DNA of 64,000 bases, from NCBI RefSeq assembly GCF_009914755.1, contig NC_060927.1; one strand, 5' to 3'. Under the pieces are notes generated by a model, which was given only the letters and a program-made list of their open reading frames with translations, was not told the origin of the DNA and made no database searches. The translations under genes were made by a program, and so were the position numbers. This DNA comes from the human T2T-CHM13v2.0 reference genome, Homo sapiens. The first letter of the stretch is position 1; each line of letters begins with the position of its first letter. Positions 59,301 through 64,000 of this stretch are shown here, one piece after another.

Positions 59301-61782
59301 GAAAATGCTCTCTCTTTGTCAGGGTTCTTTGATCATAAGCAACAGAAAAAGTCTGAATAAGTACAGCAAACAATAATAATAATAGCTATAAGAAGAAGAT
59401 TAGAGGTGGCCCACTTATTTGAAGGAGAAAGTGAAGTACCAGGCCTTAAAAGGAGCAGTGATCAAGGCAGCTACAATGATAGAGGGGGAGGAAGTAAAGT
59501 ACTGTTTCTTTGGGGCACCGTCCTCATGATAAATCACCCCCTGCTGATATCTTTCTTAAAACTACTGGGGAAAAACTTCTGATTTTCAAGCTTGGGCCAG
59601 GTGTTCACCTCTTCTCTCCCCCACCACTGATAGGGAAGGGTAGTGGGCACTCATGAGTAGGGAACCTTGATGGAGATGCCATCAAGGTTTTATGCAATGG
59701 AAAGGGACAATTTACCAAAGGAAAATTGAGAAGCAGGTAAAAATATTAGAAACCCACCATATTCGCATCATTGCAAGTGCAGGAGAAGCCACCTATTTTT
59801 CAGCAATCTTCTGTGCTGGAAGTTGGAAGGGGCAATTTAGACGATCCCTTCCTGTTCTACGTTTCTGAAGAGAAATTGAGAAGTGGAATTGATTACTGAG
59901 ATCCAAGGTCATTAGGAGAGGCCTAGAGAGGAATAGCTGGGGCTGGATCTGAGGGAAGGATGGGACGCAGCTAACAGGGATGTAAGCCATAGAGCAGGCA
60001 TGGTGGTTCCATGTGCTAATCAGAAAAGGAAGATAAGGAGCTGCTGGCATTGGTAACCTCAAACTTGATATATGTAAATTACAAGCTACCATTCTTCTTC
60101 TGTTCCATGAGAGGGTTACAGATAGAGAAATGGAAGAAGTAAGATGTGGTAAAAGTTAGTAGATGAAGAAGACACACGAACTCCTGGCTCTCCAGAACTC
60201 CTGGTAGAGTGAGATGCTATTTGGACAGCTTAATGAATGGACGATGATCCTAATGACAAGGGACCTGCCAGCCTTAATGGCTAACCAGTGGAGTTATATA
60301 ATAGAACTGAGTCACCAGTCCTAAAATTCTGAATTTGATGTCTGTGAAACAAAGCAATTAATGATGCAAACAAAATAAATAACTGGCCACTAGTGACCTC
60401 TAGTGGAAGTAGGCTTTAGGGAACTTATGTGATCTTTGATTACTGTTTTGTTTTGTTTTCCTAGTAAGAAGATGAAAACCAGTGTAATTTTCAGCCAACT
60501 GATTTGCAGAGGAGTGTGAAAGAAGGGGTTTCTGAAAACAGGACAAAAATCTTACCCAGAAAATGAAAATGTACCAGGAACATGTTGTGCTTTGCGTCAA
60601 CCTAAGTTGATTAATGTTCTGGAAAAGATGTGGATGAGTAATTGCCATCAAAGACATTACCTGAGAAAAGAAGAGTTTTTTGAGCAGTGACTTCATTGGT
60701 CACTGGGGGGAGTTCAGCATGTTAATGGCAGCCAGCAAGAGAAAATAGGCTTGAAGAGGAGGCTGCACGGGTTGCCAGTATACCTTTTAAATATATCTTC
60801 TTTGTAACACAGAAGAGCGCTGTTGTTTCTGAAATATGCACACATTTGCCAATTCAGTATTGTATGGCTTGAGTCCCACCACTTTCATCTTTCCAATGAG
60901 TGTCTGTGCCAAGTGTTGGCTAACACTGCTGAGCTGGGAGGATGTGGGTGGATGCCTGGTGGCCCTAGGCCTTTGAAGTGGGACCAGTCTCATGGAGGGT
61001 CCAAGTACAATCAAGAAGGTCAACATGAAACCACACTGGGCACTCCACATCCATCCCCTTTGGGAAGTGCTTTCAGAATATATAATCTTGACATTGAAGA
61101 GAAGCGAAGGAATGCAAGTATTGATGGGAGGTTTTACATCTGTCTGATCACACTGGGGACTAATAATGGGTGGGTGGAATTAAATGGCAGGTCCAGGGAG
61201 TAGGGATGCAGGTGGGTAGAAAAAGAAGCAAGGGAAAGATAAAAATAGAGACAATACAGAAGTAAACAGAATCAGCCTTATTAAGCCCTGGGCAACTGTC
61301 ACTTCTGGCAGCAAAGCGATCGTTGTCCTTGTCTCATATTACCTGCGTGGCAGGAGGTGTCATCCTGCCTTCTTTCATTATTCAGCCTCCCACACACACC
61401 CTGCTCTTGTTTACTGATGCTGTTATGCTGCTCTGCAGGTCTGCTTTTCCCTGGATTGGCTCCCTCTCCTCTCAGTGTCATTTCAAGGACATAAAAATAG
61501 CCCCTAAATAATATTTTTGTGAGAATTCCACGCTGCTCTGCAATTTTCAGAATTCTGGTCTTTGTGAGTGGGCAAAAGATGATCTAACTGCCCCCTACTA
61601 AGCCATGACTTCCCTACTGATATTTCTTAGATGCCAACAAAACCACAGAGCAGATTAAGAGAGACCAATATTAGTGGTATTTCCTCTTTCCCCTGCAAAG
61701 ATCTTTCTGCCAGGATATAAACAAATCTCTAGCTCTAGGACAGGCCATTTCAGAGATGTAGTCTATAAACCAGTTTACTTAC

Positions 61783-61920
61783 TGAAGATGAGCTAATTAT
61801 CTTAATTTGCTCCAAAGCTTCTGTAAGGCTGTCTTCAATCTCAGAGTCATCTAAGGAGAAGAGGTCCCCAGCTCGTGAAAGATCTTTTTGTCCCAAAACC
61901 AGTCTGAACAGTTGATGCAT
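61783..61920 (-). CDS. VEPH1: VEPH1 (melted homolog) first coding exon, coding part
   Basis: CTCACCATG start at 61920; translates [46 protein letters not shown]. Donor TCA|GTAAGT; 138 nt, phase 0. Not in the ORF track. Confidence 0.93.
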
Positions 61921-62077
61921 GGTGAGGATGAGTTTGATCAGTTGACTTTCTACAGACCCAGAGTCATGTGTTCCAGTTATCAGAGGTCAGTAAGACAAAA
62001 ACATGTAGAAGGAGGTATACTTCTTATTCCATGAAAGGTCATTTTTCTCCAGACTTTGAGGTCTTCATTGACACTCT
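61921..62077 (-). other. VEPH1: VEPH1 5' UTR part of the ATG exon
   Basis: Acceptor TTTGTTTCCCTTGCAG ending at 62078; the upstream non-coding exon(s) were not identified in the window. Confidence 0.75.
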
Positions 62078-63479
62078 CTGCAAGGGAAACAAATGACACA
62101 ATGTAGCCACTGGCAGAATGGCATAAGCTCAGAATGTGAACTCAGTGTCCAGCGGAGAGAGAGAGAAAAAAGAAACTTGGAAACATGTGCCTAGACTAAT
62201 AGATCCTGGCTTAATGATCTTTAAATGAACTCTTTCCTTGTTTTTGTCTCAAAAAGTCTTGTCAAAAATTACTAGGTTTCTCCAGAATTTAATTTGAACT
62301 TTAAAAGTCAACATGAGCCCTACGCTTTTCTCCTTTCTACATCCTTCTCTTCTCTCCATGTCACAAGGAAAAACAACAATCATGCCTAACACTTGCCAGA
62401 TTTTCCTCAAAAAGATTCTCATGGGAATCAAACAGAAAGGGAGAACAAAAGGAAAAGAGGGAGCATAGGAAACATCTCCTAGACCCACTTCCTTGAACCC
62501 TTTCTTCCAGAACCTGGACACAGAAACCAGTGCTTACCTCTTGGTTGGGCTGCCTTGCTACGCTAGCAGTAGAAGTTCCCTGCTCTGTCAGTCAAAAAGG
62601 TGACCTCAGTACTTACCCTACTCCTACGTACTCTATAATCAAGTAGCAATAAAATAAAGATGCTGCTTAGGAGAATGGCGTTAGATAAATCTCTACTGAA
62701 CATGAAGATGAACTTTAACACTGAAATGAACATGATAGCCTTGCCATGTGGGCTAAAGAGGAGGGCTTTGGGATCAGGCAACTCTCCCTCTATTCCAGTT
62801 GAAGTAATAAAGTCCCACTATATTTCTCACCCAATTAACAGTCTACAGAGAGGAGGGCAATGGCACAAATTAGACATCTGATTATTCTCATCAGCTCCCT
62901 TCTGGGCCTAATAAAATCACAGACCATTTGCACTGGCAGAGACCTTAGTAATCATTTAATGTCCAGTGAGGTTTAATGACTGCCCCAAGGCCCCATAATA
63001 GCTGTGGCAAGGATAGTCTACTGATTTCAGTCCAGTGCACTTCCCTCACAGTTTACAGTAGAGTGGAATCACCTCATACATGTGGGTAGCTTACAAATGT
63101 AGCCACATGCTTAGTGAGAGCCAAGAGTGAGTTATTTAATACAAGTAATAGGCATTTCTACCTAGCATTTTACTCTGAATGGTTTGCCAGAAAGAGTGTG
63201 AAAAGGGAGAGGAGAATCTATTGTTTCCTTGGGTAGTCTCAGACCTCTCCTCTGAGCTATTGTTGTGAGAGCACCTCTTTGTGTTGAGTGCAAGTTTAAA
63301 GACACATACTCTTCAAACACCATGGCCTCAAAATACAAGCCAAAGCTTTCATTACACACTCAACTAAATAAGCTATCTGTAGTATTGTAAGTGGTACAAT
63401 TCATGAGTCATAGGGATTTTAAGGAAAATACTCTCTATATGCAATTTTTGTACTATCTACCAGCTTTTGAAAAATGAAG

Positions 63480-63690
63480 CCTAACACTTACATGCCTTTA
63501 TCTATGTACCAGGCATAAACACTTTGTAAATATTAATTCATCTAATCCTCATAACTATATGAAAATATGTCATCCCCACTTTGTAGGTGAGCAACCTGAG
63601 GTAGTTAAATAACTGCTAAAGCCATGCAGCTACAAAACTGGAGAGCTGGAATTTGAACCCAGAGACTCCAGTAGTGCTAGACTCCAAGTT
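63480..63690 (-). mobile_element. MIR
   Basis: CATCCCCACTTTGTAGGTGAGCAACCTGAGG...GAGCTGGAATTTGAACCCAG. Confidence 0.7.
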
Positions 63691-64000
63691 CATAACCATT
63701 ATGAAATATTGACTCCATGTAAAATGTGAGGCTACTGTTAGGAGTAAAGGTCCTCAGAGCATTATTAATATTAATGATGAAGGTGTGAGCAGGGTTATCA
63801 AGCAAGAAAATGAATTCCTCTCCCCTTCTACACTGCTCCTGGATCCTTGCCCATTCTATGCCCTGAGATTTAGAGCAACCAGAGAGCAAGAGAGTCACAG
63901 GAGAAGACGCTTGGAGGAAGAGCAAAGGAGAGTGGTAAGCTTTCAGAGGGAGGTGGAGCACAGTGAGGTACTGCAAAGTAGTTCGCACCCTGGGAAATGT

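Overview
This is mammalian genomic DNA and almost certainly human (AluJ/S/Y, THE1 and L1PA/PB repeats), from the PTX3/VEPH1 locus. The + strand carries the complete three-exon pentraxin 3 gene (PTX3). Its CDS is 3502-3631, 4081-4482 and 8934-9547, giving 1146 nt and 381 aa. It has a promoter with NF-kB/C-EBP/AP-1-like sites, a CpG island over exon 2 and a poly(A) signal at 10135. PTX3 lies inside an intron of VEPH1, which runs on the - strand. Three VEPH1 coding exons can be read (61920-61783, 37097-36882, 26915-26741), and two of them are missing from the ORF track. The rest is intron filled with Alu, L1, L2, MIR, MaLR/ERVL and DNA-transposon remnants; almost all other ORFs in the track are repeat-derived or random. 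I see no new stand-alone biological system. The best leads are RNA-processing features of the host gene: a candidate in-frame recursive-splicing exon (60660-60556), a five-uORF cluster in the VEPH1 leader, an intronic poly(A) unit that would end VEPH1 before PTX3, and inverted Alus around a frame-symmetric exon. There are also several local rearrangements inside old retroelements. Repeat subfamily names and boundaries were called by eye and are approximate.
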